From: an uncultured Staphylococcaceae bacterium
GTDB lineage: Bacteria; Bacillota_I; Bacilli_A; RFN20; CAG-826
Length of the DNA: 64,000 nt
Assembly (NCBI GenBank): GCA_964608215.1
Contig: CAZSMV010000001.1
Coordinates: 1,410-65,409 of the forward strand
Direction of reading: 5' to 3'
Under the pieces are notes generated by a model, which saw nothing but the letters and a program-made list of their open reading frames with translations, was not told where the DNA came from and did no database searches. The translations under genes and the position numbers were made by a program. How positions within the stretch are numbered: position 1 is the first letter of the stretch; each line of letters opens with the position of its first letter. Shown in pieces: positions 17,460 to 27,685 of this stretch.

Positions 17460-20036
17460 ATGAAAAAATTATTTGACAAAATTACTAAAGATTCTTATTT
17501 CTTAAAAGGCATAATTGGATTGACTCTTTGCCTTTTTTCAATTTATGGAGCATTAAATACAGGCGTTGTTTCTAGTTTTATTACATGGGTTATTGCATTT
17601 TTATTCGGCTGGCTATTGTATGTTTTTTACTTAATCATATTTTTGATTGGGGTTAGATTTATATTCGCTAAAAAGGAGTTTAAATTACATTGGGGAATTA
17701 CGATTTCTGGAATTGTAATTTTATTTTTTGGTTGCTTGATTATTATTACTAATAACAAAACTGGAACTGGGAATGATGATATGCTAACTTTTAACAACTT
17801 TAATGAACTGTTTTCAAAAAGTGTTCAAGGATTTCCTAAAGTTAAATTTAATGATGAACTTTCTGGTGGTTTTTTTGGTTTTCTTCTTGTTGCTATTTTA
17901 AATAGTTCAATAAAGTATATTGGTACTAATGTTGTTGGGGGTATATTAATCGGCGCAGGCTTAATTTTGATGTTTATTAAAACGTTCATTCGTTTAGCAA
18001 AAAATATTAAAGATTATAAAAATCGCCATATTAGTAAAATTGAATCAGAATTTAAGGAAGCAAATGATCAAACTGCCTTTACTACAACTCAAATTATGGA
18101 AAATTCAAGAGCAACGACAGTTATTACTCCTGATTCTGAAATTTCAAAAGAAAATACACAATCTATTGCTATTCAAAATCCAAATGGAGGTGTTGGAGTT
18201 GGCTTAACAAGCATAAATAAGGCTCCTACAGGTCTTAGAAAAGCAAAATTTTCAAATGAATTTTTATATGAAACCGAAGACGAAACAACTTCTTTAGAAA
18301 ATAAACCAGCAATTTCTTCACCTGTTGAGCAAGCAACTAAAACGGTTAATGAGCCTCCTAAAATTATAAATGAAGAAACAAAAGTGGAAGATGTTCCAAT
18401 TGCGAAACCTGCAAGTTTTAAAGAACATCATTCTTTGAATGAGGAAACAATTAAGTTAGCTCAAACGCCTTATGAAAAACTTGATGGAGCTGCATTAAAT
18501 TCAAATATGGGCAACTCTAATGTAGAGGCTAAAAAGGTTATTAAATATGTTTATCCACCATTGAACTTATTGACTGATAGAGCTTCTAGTATAAATTCAC
18601 CTGAAAATATTGTTGTGTGCGAAGCAAGAAAAGATTTACTTAATGAAATTTTTGATGAATTTGAAATTCATGGAAAAGTAATTTCTTATACTATTGGTCC
18701 AGTTGTTACTCGTTATGATATTGAAATGGATCGTGGCGAATCTTCTAAGAATATTGAAAAATATCTCAATGATATTGCCGCTAAACTTGGTGGCATTCCT
18801 TGTAGATTTGTTTCAGTTATTGAAGGCAGAACAACAAGTGGCCTTGAAATTGCAAATAAGAAAGGATCACTCGTTAATTTTAAAGATTGTCTTAAAAATT
18901 TAAGTAGAGATCCTGGAACTGAATTTTTGGTTCCTTTTGGTAAAGATATTAATGGTAATTTTATACAAGCTGATCTTAAAGATTTCCCACATTTATTAGT
19001 TTGCGGAACTACTGGTAGTGGTAAATCTGTTTTTATGCATAGTTTGTTAATGACCTTGATTATGCGAAATAACTTAGATTCATTAAAACTTGTAATTATT
19101 GATCCAAAAAGAGTTGAATTTAATAAATACAAAAACATCCCATTTTTATTATGCAATCCTATAAACACTGCTGACGAAGCATGTTTAGTCTTAAATGAAC
19201 TTTGTGTTCTTATGGAAGAAAGATATGATATGTTTGATGAAACCGGTGTTGAAAATTTAAAACAATACAATAAGTATTTACTTGATCATGGAGAGCACAT
19301 TTTGCCAAGAATAGTCGTATTAATCGATGAATATGCAGATTTGGTTGGTGAAAATAAGCGTTTGCAGGAACCAGTTCAAAGGCTTGCTCAAAAGGCTCGT
19401 GCTTGTGGAATTCATCTTGTTGTTGCTACACAACGTCCATCAGTTAATGTTATTACTGGTGTTATTAAAGGAAATATTCCAACTCGTGTTGCTTTACTTT
19501 GCTCATCCGTCGCTGATTCAAGTGTTATTTTGTCTCAAGGTGGAGCAGAAAAACTTCTAGGAAATGGTGATATGCTTGTTATGTCGCCATTAATTTCAAA
19601 AACAGGATTAACTCGTGTTCAAGGTTCTTATGTTGATAATGCTGAAATTAAGAATGTTTGCGATTATTTGCGAAATAATTATGGTCCAATGTTTGATGAT
19701 AGATTTGTTGATTTAAAAGAAAAATCACAACTTGATACAAGTGATGCTGAAGTTTTAAGTTATGATAAAGCTGCTAGTGATGAAGAAAAATATTTGCAAA
19801 TTAGAGATGATATTATGAGAAGAGATTATGCTTCAATTTCATATATTCAAAGAACATATTCTGTTGGTTTCCCAAAGGCTGGTAAGATTTGCAATAGACT
19901 TGTTAAAGAAGGTGTAATTTCTGCAGAAAACGAAGGAAATAAAGGGCAAAAAGTTTTGCTTCATAGTGTAGGTCCAGAAGAAAGAACTGGCTCAGTAGAA
20001 CAATCAACTTTTATTCCAAATAAAGATAACGATTAA
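17460..20036 (+). CDS. ftsK: DNA translocase FtsK/SpoIIIE
   Basis: N-terminal TM helices, Walker A GTTGSGKS, VVLIDEYADL, ATQRPS, C-terminal winged-helix gamma domain. Confidence 0.9.
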   Translation: MKKLFDKITKDSYFLKGIIGLTLCLFSIYGALNTGVVSSFITWVIAFLFGWLLYVFYLIIFLIGVRFIFAKKEFKLHWGITISGIVILFFGCLIIITNNKTGTGNDDMLTFNNFNELFSKSVQGFPKVKFNDELSGGFFGFLLVAILNSSIKYIGTNVVGGILIGAGLILMFIKTFIRLAKNIKDYKNRHISKIESEFKEANDQTAFTTTQIMENSRATTVITPDSEISKENTQSIAIQNPNGGVGVGLTSINKAPTGLRKAKFSNEFLYETEDETTSLENKPAISSPVEQATKTVNEPPKIINEETKVEDVPIAKPASFKEHHSLNEETIKLAQTPYEKLDGAALNSNMGNSNVEAKKVIKYVYPPLNLLTDRASSINSPENIVVCEARKDLLNEIFDEFEIHGKVISYTIGPVVTRYDIEMDRGESSKNIEKYLNDIAAKLGGIPCRFVSVIEGRTTSGLEIANKKGSLVNFKDCLKNLSRDPGTEFLVPFGKDINGNFIQADLKDFPHLLVCGTTGSGKSVFMHSLLMTLIMRNNLDSLKLVIIDPKRVEFNKYKNIPFLLCNPINTADEACLVLNELCVLMEERYDMFDETGVENLKQYNKYLLDHGEHILPRIVVLIDEYADLVGENKRLQEPVQRLAQKARACGIHLVVATQRPSVNVITGVIKGNIPTRVALLCSSVADSSVILSQGGAEKLLGNGDMLVMSPLISKTGLTRVQGSYVDNAEIKNVCDYLRNNYGPMFDDRFVDLKEKSQLDTSDAEVLSYDKAASDEEKYLQIRDDIMRRDYASISYIQRTYSVGFPKAGKICNRLVKEGVISAENEGNKGQKVLLHSVGPEERTGSVEQSTFIPNKDND

Positions 20037-20040
20037 CACT

Positions 20041-20358
20041 ATGAAAATTGGGGTTGATTTAACATTTATGCCAAGATTTGCTGGTAAAGATAGATTGGCC
20101 AAAGAAATTCTTTCTAATGATGAATATGCTTTATATTCTAAATCATTAAAAAAAGAACAATATTTGGCTTCTCGTTTTGCTTTAAAAGAAGCTTTTATTA
20201 AAGCAACTGAACAATCAATTTTAGGTTTAAATTTGCGTGAGATTGAGACTAGAAAAAAAGATAGTGGAGCAATTTATATTGTTTATAAAAATAAGGAGTA
20301 TAGTTGCTCTTTATCACATGAAAATGAATATTGTATTGGGGTGGTTTTAAATGATTAA
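20041..20358 (+). CDS. acpS: holo-[acyl-carrier-protein] synthase
   Basis: About 105 aa. IGVDL..., KEAFIKA, SLSHE motifs. Confidence 0.8.
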   Translation: MKIGVDLTFMPRFAGKDRLAKEILSNDEYALYSKSLKKEQYLASRFALKEAFIKATEQSILGLNLREIETRKKDSGAIYIVYKNKEYSCSLSHENEYCIGVVLND

Positions 20359-22495
20359 TACTTTTTTTAGTGCAAAATTGACAAGTTATGAAACGATAGC
20401 TGTTTTTATTTTTAGTGAAGTAAGAAAGCCTGAAAATAACAAAATTAAGTTAATTAAAAATGGGGAAGAAACTTCTAATTTGGATATTGTTAGACAATCT
20501 TTCATAAATGGTCTTGAATTTTACGAATGCAAACCAAAAGAAAAGATTGTATTAGGCAATGATTATTGTATTTCTATCGAATCATTTGGTGTTACATCAC
20601 TTATTTTAGATGATGTAACTTCTTTTAAAGGATTTGATGAAGAATATTATTATCAAGGTGACGATTTAGGCTTTACGTATTCGAGAGAGAAAACCACATG
20701 GAAAGTATGGGCTCCATTAGCATCGAAAGTTGTTTTGTTTTTAAGAAAAGATCATGAAAATTTTGAGACTTTCAAAATGGAAAGAGGAAAATTTGGAGTT
20801 TATTCATTAACTTTATTTGGAGATTATGATAATTATAAATATCGATACCAAGTTACAAATAGTGGTCGTGTAACTTTAACTACTGATCCATATGCAAAAG
20901 CTAGTACCGCAAATGGTAGGGATTCAGTCATAGTCGATTTTTCTAAGACTAAGATTGACTTATTTGAAAATAATTTAAGAAATTATGATAATTATGTTGA
21001 TACAGTAATTTATGAACTTCACGTTCGTGATTTCACAATTGATGAAAATACAAATATTGTAAATAAAGGTAAATTTTTAGGATTAGTTGAAGAAAATAAA
21101 GTAACTAAAGGAAATAATCCTTGTGGTATTGATTATTTGAAATCTTTGAATATTACGCATGTACAATTGTTACCTATTTATGATTATAAAACCGTAGATG
21201 AATTACATCCTGACACAACTTATAACTGGGGCTATGACCCTCAACAATATTTTGTACCGGAGGGCAGCTATTCGACTAATCCAAATGATGGATATAGTCG
21301 AATAATTGAATGTAAAAAAATGATTGCAGCACTCCATAAAGTTGGTTTAAAAGTTAATATGGATGTTGTTTACAATCATGTTTATAACTACGATTCTTCT
21401 GTTTTTGAACTTATTGTTCCTAACTATTATTTTAGAAAACAACAAAATGGCTTATTGTCGACTGCTAGCGGATGCGGAAATGAACTCGATACAGAGCGTC
21501 CAATGGTCAGAAAATTAATTTTGGATTCTTGTATCCATTGGATTAAAGAATATGGCGTAGATGGCTTTAGATTTGATTTAATGGGCTTAATTGATATTGA
21601 AACAATTAAGTTAATTACAAAAGCCGCAAGAAGCATTAAAAAAGATTTCATGATTTATGGAGAAGGTTGGAATATGCCATCTTCTTTGCATGAAAGCAAA
21701 AGATCAACAATTTTGAATGCTTTTAAGCTTCCCGAGGTTGCATTTTTTAACGATACTTACCGCGATATTGTTCGAGGTCCTAGTGGTTTTGGAAAGAATG
21801 ATCCAGGCTATATGCTTGGTAATTTGAACTATAAGGAAGGTTTTAAGTTTGCTTTACTTGGAAGTTGTGTAGATTTTTGTTATCCAAAAAGATTTTTAAG
21901 TGCAAATCAATCTATTAATTACGTTGAATGTCATGATAATGGTACGCTTTATGATAAAATTAAGTCTTCATTAAATAATATTGACGATGAAGAAGTTTAT
22001 AAAGTAGTTAATTCAATAAATGCAACTATTGCTTTATCGTTTGGAATTCCTTTCTATCATGCTGGTCAAGAAATTGGTTTAACAAAATTTGGACATGATA
22101 ATACTTATAATAAAGGCGATAAATATAATAAATTTGATTGGTCTTTACTCGATAAAAGACATGATATGTATTTATATTTTAAATCGATTTTAGCCTTTAG
22201 AAATGAATATTTAAAGAGTTCAAAGAGTGAAGATATTGAAAAAAATAATTATTTTATAAATTATGATAATGGAGTAATTGGTTTAAAAACTGAAAAAAGA
22301 TTTGTGAATGGAGAGAAAAGTGAATGTATCTTTGCTTTTAATCCAAATGATATTGAAGTTGATATAAAATTAGATGATTATTATATTGTTGTTTGTGCAC
22401 TTGCCGGTTATTTAAAAGATAGTACATTATATAGCGGACAAAACGAAAGTTTAGTTCCTCATCAAGTAGAAGTGTTAGGACTTAGGAAAAAATGA
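20351..22495 (+). CDS. pulA: type I pullulanase (GH13)
   Basis: WKVWAP CBM48-like start, YNWGYDP signature, GFRFDLM, YGEGW, ECHDN. Confidence 0.85.
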   Translation: MINTFFSAKLTSYETIAVFIFSEVRKPENNKIKLIKNGEETSNLDIVRQSFINGLEFYECKPKEKIVLGNDYCISIESFGVTSLILDDVTSFKGFDEEYYYQGDDLGFTYSREKTTWKVWAPLASKVVLFLRKDHENFETFKMERGKFGVYSLTLFGDYDNYKYRYQVTNSGRVTLTTDPYAKASTANGRDSVIVDFSKTKIDLFENNLRNYDNYVDTVIYELHVRDFTIDENTNIVNKGKFLGLVEENKVTKGNNPCGIDYLKSLNITHVQLLPIYDYKTVDELHPDTTYNWGYDPQQYFVPEGSYSTNPNDGYSRIIECKKMIAALHKVGLKVNMDVVYNHVYNYDSSVFELIVPNYYFRKQQNGLLSTASGCGNELDTERPMVRKLILDSCIHWIKEYGVDGFRFDLMGLIDIETIKLITKAARSIKKDFMIYGEGWNMPSSLHESKRSTILNAFKLPEVAFFNDTYRDIVRGPSGFGKNDPGYMLGNLNYKEGFKFALLGSCVDFCYPKRFLSANQSINYVECHDNGTLYDKIKSSLNNIDDEEVYKVVNSINATIALSFGIPFYHAGQEIGLTKFGHDNTYNKGDKYNKFDWSLLDKRHDMYLYFKSILAFRNEYLKSSKSEDIEKNNYFINYDNGVIGLKTEKRFVNGEKSECIFAFNPNDIEVDIKLDDYYIVVCALAGYLKDSTLYSGQNESLVPHQVEVLGLRKK

Positions 22496-23280
22496 GAAAA
22501 TATTTAAGAGCAATTATTATTGTTGGGTGGCGAATTATTTTTGCTTATTTTAATTGGATGATTCGTTTTTCAAAGCATCCAAAAAAATATTCTATTGAAA
22601 AAAGATTTGATAAAATTCATAAACTAAGTATTAAAGTATTGAAAGCATTGCATGTTAAATATGATGTGAATGGTTTGGATGAATTTTATAAGAGTAAAAA
22701 GCCTGGAGAAAATACATTAATTGTATGTAATCATCTTTCTGATGCTGATCCGATTATTATGATGGCACTTGCAAAATCGCCATTAACTTTCGTTGCTAAA
22801 AAAGAATCTGAAAAGTTCCCATTTGTTGGCAAAGTTTTAAAAAGTATAGATGGAATTTTTCTCGATCGTAGCGACTTAAGACAAGAAATTAAGCAAATTA
22901 TGAAAGTTCAAGATATGATTAAAAATTATCCAAATTTAGATATTGTAATTTTTCCAGAAGGGACAAGAAATAAAAATCCTTTAAGTGATACTTTAGAATT
23001 TAAACATGGATCATTTAGGCCCGCTATGAAAAGTGGTTCTGATGTTGCAGTTTTTTCAATTTATGGCACACAAAGGGTTTTAAGTTTTAAATGCAAAAAT
23101 AATTGGAATCCTGTAGAAGTCAGATATATTAAAACCTTTACACCTGATGATTATAAAGACAAAACAACACCAGAAATGGCGGAATTAACGCACGATATGG
23201 TATTAAAGTCAGTCAATGAATCTCGAATAAGAGATAAAGAATTAATGAAAGAACTTAATAAAAGGCATTTTGACGATTGA
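22492..23280 (+). CDS. plsC: 1-acyl-sn-glycerol-3-phosphate acyltransferase
   Basis: NHLSDADP (H.4D) and FPEGTR motifs. Confidence 0.8.
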   Translation: MRKYLRAIIIVGWRIIFAYFNWMIRFSKHPKKYSIEKRFDKIHKLSIKVLKALHVKYDVNGLDEFYKSKKPGENTLIVCNHLSDADPIIMMALAKSPLTFVAKKESEKFPFVGKVLKSIDGIFLDRSDLRQEIKQIMKVQDMIKNYPNLDIVIFPEGTRNKNPLSDTLEFKHGSFRPAMKSGSDVAVFSIYGTQRVLSFKCKNNWNPVEVRYIKTFTPDDYKDKTTPEMAELTHDMVLKSVNESRIRDKELMKELNKRHFDD

Positions 23281-24537
23281 TTAATGTCTTAACCCTTTTG
23301 GGTAGAAGTTTTTAAGTTTATCTCCTACAATATGAACATAACCAAGGTTGATGCCTTGATATGAAACGACATAAAAACCATTTTCTAAGTTGGTTATTTT
23401 TATTATTTCCTCACCATGAATATATTTTTTTGCCTCATCATCAGTTAATTTAATTGAATTTTTTGTATCTAAATAATGAGCATAATGAAACGATGGAATC
23501 TCATTATTTCCTTTTAAGGTTGATTTAAGCAAACCTTTTCTTATGATTGTCAAATGTGTTAAATCTAATGGATTGTTGTATAAATATATTTTGTCTTGAA
23601 TTTTTTCCTTAAACTGGAATTCTTTATTATTATTATTATTATTATTTGTTGCTTTTTTTGTTAATATGCCATCCTTTTTTAATAAGCAGATAAATTGACC
23701 TTCACCTTCATATTTATTTGGAAATAAATGAATAGATTCTTTTAAGTTTTTTCCTCTTATAAATGATGGGTTTTCAAATATATTTAATGCTTTAAAATCT
23801 GAATGTTTGTTTAGAAAATCAATTATAACTTGTTCATTTTCTTCATATGAAAATGAACAAGTAGAATATGCCATAATTCCGCCATTTTTAAGCATACTTG
23901 CAGCTTGTGCAATTAATTCTTTTTGTTCTGATTGGCAACGCAGGACTTTGTTGTAATTCCAGTCATTTTTCATGTCTTCGCTTTTTCTAAACATAGCACT
24001 CCCAGAACATGGTGCATCAAGTATGATTTTATCAAAAGTAGTTTTATAGTGGTTTACTAGTGAAGATATAGTAGAACATGTAATAATTACATTTGAAAAA
24101 CCCATCTTTTCTATGTTGGAAGAAAGGGTGCAACTTCTTTGGTAGTTTATGTCGTTAGAAATTAGATTTATATTAGGATTTTTTAGGGACAAAAAAATTG
24201 ATTTTCCGCCAGGTGCAGCACACATATCCAAAACATTATCTCCATCATCAATAGGCAGCAAAAATGGTACCATCATTGATGCGGAATCCATAATGTAAAA
24301 AAGACCATTATCAAAATAAAAACTTTTACCAAAATCGTAATCATTTTTGCTGTAAAAATATGCATGCGGAATGATTGAATGTGGTATGACTTTTGGAAAC
24401 TTTTCTTTAAATGTTTTATCATTCATTTTGTTTGTATTGAGAATTAAACAATTTGTTCTTTCTTTATGCATAGAATTAAGCAAATCATCAACAAAATTAT
24501 TATCTAAATAAGTTAGTAAATTTTCTTTGAAATCCAT
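23281..24537 (-). CDS. RsmB/RsmF-family rRNA (cytosine-C5) methyltransferase
   Basis: DMCAAPGGKS, DAPCSGSAMFRK and YSTCS motifs. Start moved to ATG 24537 because the TTG at 24573 adds 12 implausible residues. Confidence 0.8.
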   Translation of the reverse strand: MDFKENLLTYLDNNFVDDLLNSMHKERTNCLILNTNKMNDKTFKEKFPKVIPHSIIPHAYFYSKNDYDFGKSFYFDNGLFYIMDSASMMVPFLLPIDDGDNVLDMCAAPGGKSIFLSLKNPNINLISNDINYQRSCTLSSNIEKMGFSNVIITCSTISSLVNHYKTTFDKIILDAPCSGSAMFRKSEDMKNDWNYNKVLRCQSEQKELIAQAASMLKNGGIMAYSTCSFSYEENEQVIIDFLNKHSDFKALNIFENPSFIRGKNLKESIHLFPNKYEGEGQFICLLKKDGILTKKATNNNNNNNKEFQFKEKIQDKIYLYNNPLDLTHLTIIRKGLLKSTLKGNNEIPSFHYAHYLDTKNSIKLTDDEAKKYIHGEEIIKITNLENGFYVVSYQGINLGYVHIVGDKLKNFYPKGLRH

Positions 24538-24612
24538 ATAAATTATATTAATTTTCTTGTATTTAAAACTCAATGTTTTTTAGTTATAATATTAAAAAAA
24601 TAAGGAGTTATT

Positions 24613-25917
24613 ATGACTATTGAAGAGATAATAGAACATAAAAGAGATGGTCATGTGCTTACAAGAGATGAAATAAGATTTTTCATTAAAGGATATGTTG
24701 CTGATGAAATTAAAGATTATCAAGCGAGTGCTTTATTGATGGCAATATACTTAAATGGTATGAACAAACAAGAAACCGCAGATTTAACCGAAGAAATGCG
24801 CGTTTCTGGTGATGTTTGGGATTTAAGTGATATTCCAGGATTAAAAGTTGATAAACATTCAACAGGTGGCGTAGGAGATAAAGTTTCCCTAATTTTAGGC
24901 CCTATGATTGCTTCTTGCGGAGCAAAACTTGCTAAAATGAGCGGGCGTGGGCTTGGCCATACTGGTGGAACACTTGATAAGATGGAATCAATTCCAGGAA
25001 TGAACATTTATAAAACTCAAGATCAATTTAAAAAACAAATTAAAGATATAGGAATGGCAATAATTGGTCAAAATGAGCACTTAGATCCTGCTGACAAGAA
25101 ACTTTATGCTTTAAGGGATGTTACCGGAACAGTAGGTTCAATTCCTTTAATTGCTTCATCTATTATGTCAAAAAAATTGGCATCTGGTGCTGATTGTATA
25201 TTACTCGACGTTAAATATGGTAGTGGTGCATTTATGAAAACTATTGAAGATGCAAAAAAATTAGCTACTACTATGGTTGAAATAGGTAAATCTTTAAATA
25301 AAGACGTACGTGCTGAAGTTACTGATATGGATCAACCATTAGGCTGTGCTGTTGGGAATAATCTTGAAATTAAAGAAGTTATTCAAACTTTGCAAGGTAA
25401 TGGCCCTAAAGATTTAACTGAAATTTGTCTTTCTAGTGGCGCAATTTTGCTTCAGATGTCAAAAATTTATACATCTTTGGAGGAAGGTAGAAAAGCTTTA
25501 ATTGAAAACATTAACAATGGCAAAGCTTTTGAAAAGTTCAAAGAATTTGTTAAGGCTCAAGGTGGGGATATTTCTTACATTGAAGATCCTAAAAAGTTTA
25601 AATTATCAAAACATATAGTGGATGTTGTTAGCGCTTCTAGTGGTTATATCAAAAGAATTGATGCTTTAACAATAGGTGTTGGAAGCATGCATCTTGGTGG
25701 TGGAAGAGAAAAAATGGATGATGTAATTGATATGTCGGCTGGAATTGTTTTGAACAAGAAAATTGGTGACAAAATTGAAAAAAATGAGGTCCTATGCAGA
25801 CTTTATACTGACCATGATGAATATAGTGAAGTTTATGACAATGTGCTAAAAGCTTTTGAAATTGTAGATAAAAAAGTTAAATTAGATAATCAAATGACAA
25901 AATGTTTAATTGAATAA
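24613..25917 (+). CDS. pdp: pyrimidine-nucleoside (thymidine) phosphorylase
   Basis: DKHSTGGVGDK, SGRGLGHTGGTLDK. 434 aa. Confidence 0.9.
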   Translation: MTIEEIIEHKRDGHVLTRDEIRFFIKGYVADEIKDYQASALLMAIYLNGMNKQETADLTEEMRVSGDVWDLSDIPGLKVDKHSTGGVGDKVSLILGPMIASCGAKLAKMSGRGLGHTGGTLDKMESIPGMNIYKTQDQFKKQIKDIGMAIIGQNEHLDPADKKLYALRDVTGTVGSIPLIASSIMSKKLASGADCILLDVKYGSGAFMKTIEDAKKLATTMVEIGKSLNKDVRAEVTDMDQPLGCAVGNNLEIKEVIQTLQGNGPKDLTEICLSSGAILLQMSKIYTSLEEGRKALIENINNGKAFEKFKEFVKAQGGDISYIEDPKKFKLSKHIVDVVSASSGYIKRIDALTIGVGSMHLGGGREKMDDVIDMSAGIVLNKKIGDKIEKNEVLCRLYTDHDEYSEVYDNVLKAFEIVDKKVKLDNQMTKCLIE

Positions 25918-25923
25918 TTGAAA

Positions 25924-27183
25924 TTATTTTTTCTTTAATTCTCTTAAATTTGAACTGCGCTTAATGTTTGATAATTTTTTATAATTATCGTTAAGCGCTT
26001 TTTCAAATGCTGATTTATCTTCAGGAAAATAAAATTTCTCATTTTTGATTAATTCTGGTAAATATTGGATTTTTTCCCATAAGTCAGGTCGATCATAAGG
26101 GTATTTATCCTCTTCTTTTACGTTTACAGGCGTATATTTTAAGTAATCCATAACTTCTAATGGTTTTGAGTTTGCAAGCTCCATAGCCCTTCCTATTGCA
26201 TTTATCGCAGATTTACTCTTTGGCGATAAAGCAAGTTCGATTACGCTTACACTAAGAGGGATTATTGCTTCTGGTAATCCCACTTCTAATGCGGAATCAA
26301 TTGCAATTTTACAACGCATACATGCTCCTGGATTTGCTAGTCCCACATCTTCATAGGCAGTTACTAAAAGTCTCCTTGCAATCGATTCTAGGTCATTTAC
26401 GACGCATAATTTTGCAAGATAATAAAGCGATGCATCAACGTCACTTCCTCTTATTGATTTTTGGAGTGCACTAACAGCGTTATAATGATCATCTTCATCT
26501 TTATCCATTGCTAAATTTGGAACTTTATTAATTGATTTAGTCATTTCTAAATCAATTTTTTCGTTCTTGTATGTTAAATCAACAATTTCTAAAAAATTTA
26601 ATGCAAAACGGAAGTCTCCATTACTAATTTTTGCAATATATTTTAATGAGTCATCATCAATTTTTAGTTTATTATCAAAACCATCTTTATTTGAAATAGC
26701 TCGCTTCAAACCTTCGAAAATTTCTTTTTCAGTTAATCTTTTGACTTCTAAAAGATGGCATCTACTCCTTATAGCTTTATTTATTGCAATATATGGGTTG
26801 CTAGTTGTAGCGCCAATTAAATAAATTGTTCCATCTTCAATATATGGCAATAAAATATCTTGTTTATCTTTGTTTAATCGATGAACTTCATCAATGATTA
26901 AAATTGTTGGATGAAACATCCTTGCTTCTTTTATACATGCCTCAATTTCACTTTTATTTGATGAGACAGCATTTATTTTGATTGAATGAACGCCTAGTGA
27001 ATTTGCATAACATTCAGCTATTGTTGTTTTTCCTGAACCAGGAACACCATAAAGAATAAAAGAAATAGGTAATTTTTCTTTTATTGAGTTTGTTAGGATG
27101 CCATTCTCACCCAGTATATCTTTTTGACCGATTACATCTTCTATTTTTGTAGGTCTAATTCTAAAAGCTAAAGGTTTTAACAT
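25924..27183 (-). CDS. rarA: replication-associated recombination protein A (AAA+ ATPase)
   Basis: MLKPLAFRIRP N-terminus, Walker A GVPGSGKTT, IIDEVHR, MgsA C-terminal domain. Confidence 0.88.
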   Translation of the reverse strand: MLKPLAFRIRPTKIEDVIGQKDILGENGILTNSIKEKLPISFILYGVPGSGKTTIAECYANSLGVHSIKINAVSSNKSEIEACIKEARMFHPTILIIDEVHRLNKDKQDILLPYIEDGTIYLIGATTSNPYIAINKAIRSRCHLLEVKRLTEKEIFEGLKRAISNKDGFDNKLKIDDDSLKYIAKISNGDFRFALNFLEIVDLTYKNEKIDLEMTKSINKVPNLAMDKDEDDHYNAVSALQKSIRGSDVDASLYYLAKLCVVNDLESIARRLLVTAYEDVGLANPGACMRCKIAIDSALEVGLPEAIIPLSVSVIELALSPKSKSAINAIGRAMELANSKPLEVMDYLKYTPVNVKEEDKYPYDRPDLWEKIQYLPELIKNEKFYFPEDKSAFEKALNDNYKKLSNIKRSSNLRELKKK

Positions 27184-27229
27184 GCAAATATTATACACAA
27201 ATAAGTTTTATTTTTATATAATAACGAGC

Positions 27230-27685
27230 ATGAGAATTGTTGCACAAAATGTAGATGAAGCTTATGTAAGAATTGATGGAAAAATTATTTCTAACATTGA
27301 TAAAGGTTATATGATTTTAGTCTCTTTTACAAATGGCGATTCAGAAGAAATTTGTGAAAAAATGGCTCAAAAATTGGTAAATTTAAGAGTTTTTCCTGAC
27401 GAAAATGGAAAGACTAATTTATCAATAAAAGATATTTGTGGTTCAATATTAAGTGTTTCTCAATTTACTCTTTATGCTGATTGCCATAAAGGAAACAGAC
27501 CATCTTTTGTTTTAAATTGTTTAGATCCAAAAGATGCTACCAAATTGTATGATTATTTTAATTCTTGTTTAACACAACTTGGAATTAATGTTAAAACAGG
27601 AATTTTTGGCGCAGATATGAAGGTTGGACTCATTAATAATGGGCCATTTACAACGATTTTAGATAGTAAGGAACTTTTCAAATGA
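27230..27685 (+). CDS. dtd: D-aminoacyl-tRNA deacylase
   Basis: MRIV..., SQFTLYAD, GNRPSF, NNGPFT. Start moved to ATG 27230. Confidence 0.88.
   Translation: MRIVAQNVDEAYVRIDGKIISNIDKGYMILVSFTNGDSEEICEKMAQKLVNLRVFPDENGKTNLSIKDICGSILSVSQFTLYADCHKGNRPSFVLNCLDPKDATKLYDYFNSCLTQLGINVKTGIFGADMKVGLINNGPFTTILDSKELFK

Noticed and set aside
18713-19270. 185-aa minus-strand ORF, plus short plus-strand ORFs at 18694-18903 and 19327-19560, all inside ftsK
   Set aside because: These are shadow ORFs lying entirely within a well-supported ftsK coding frame. They are of low complexity, lack an SD, and such ORFs are typical in AT-rich genomes.
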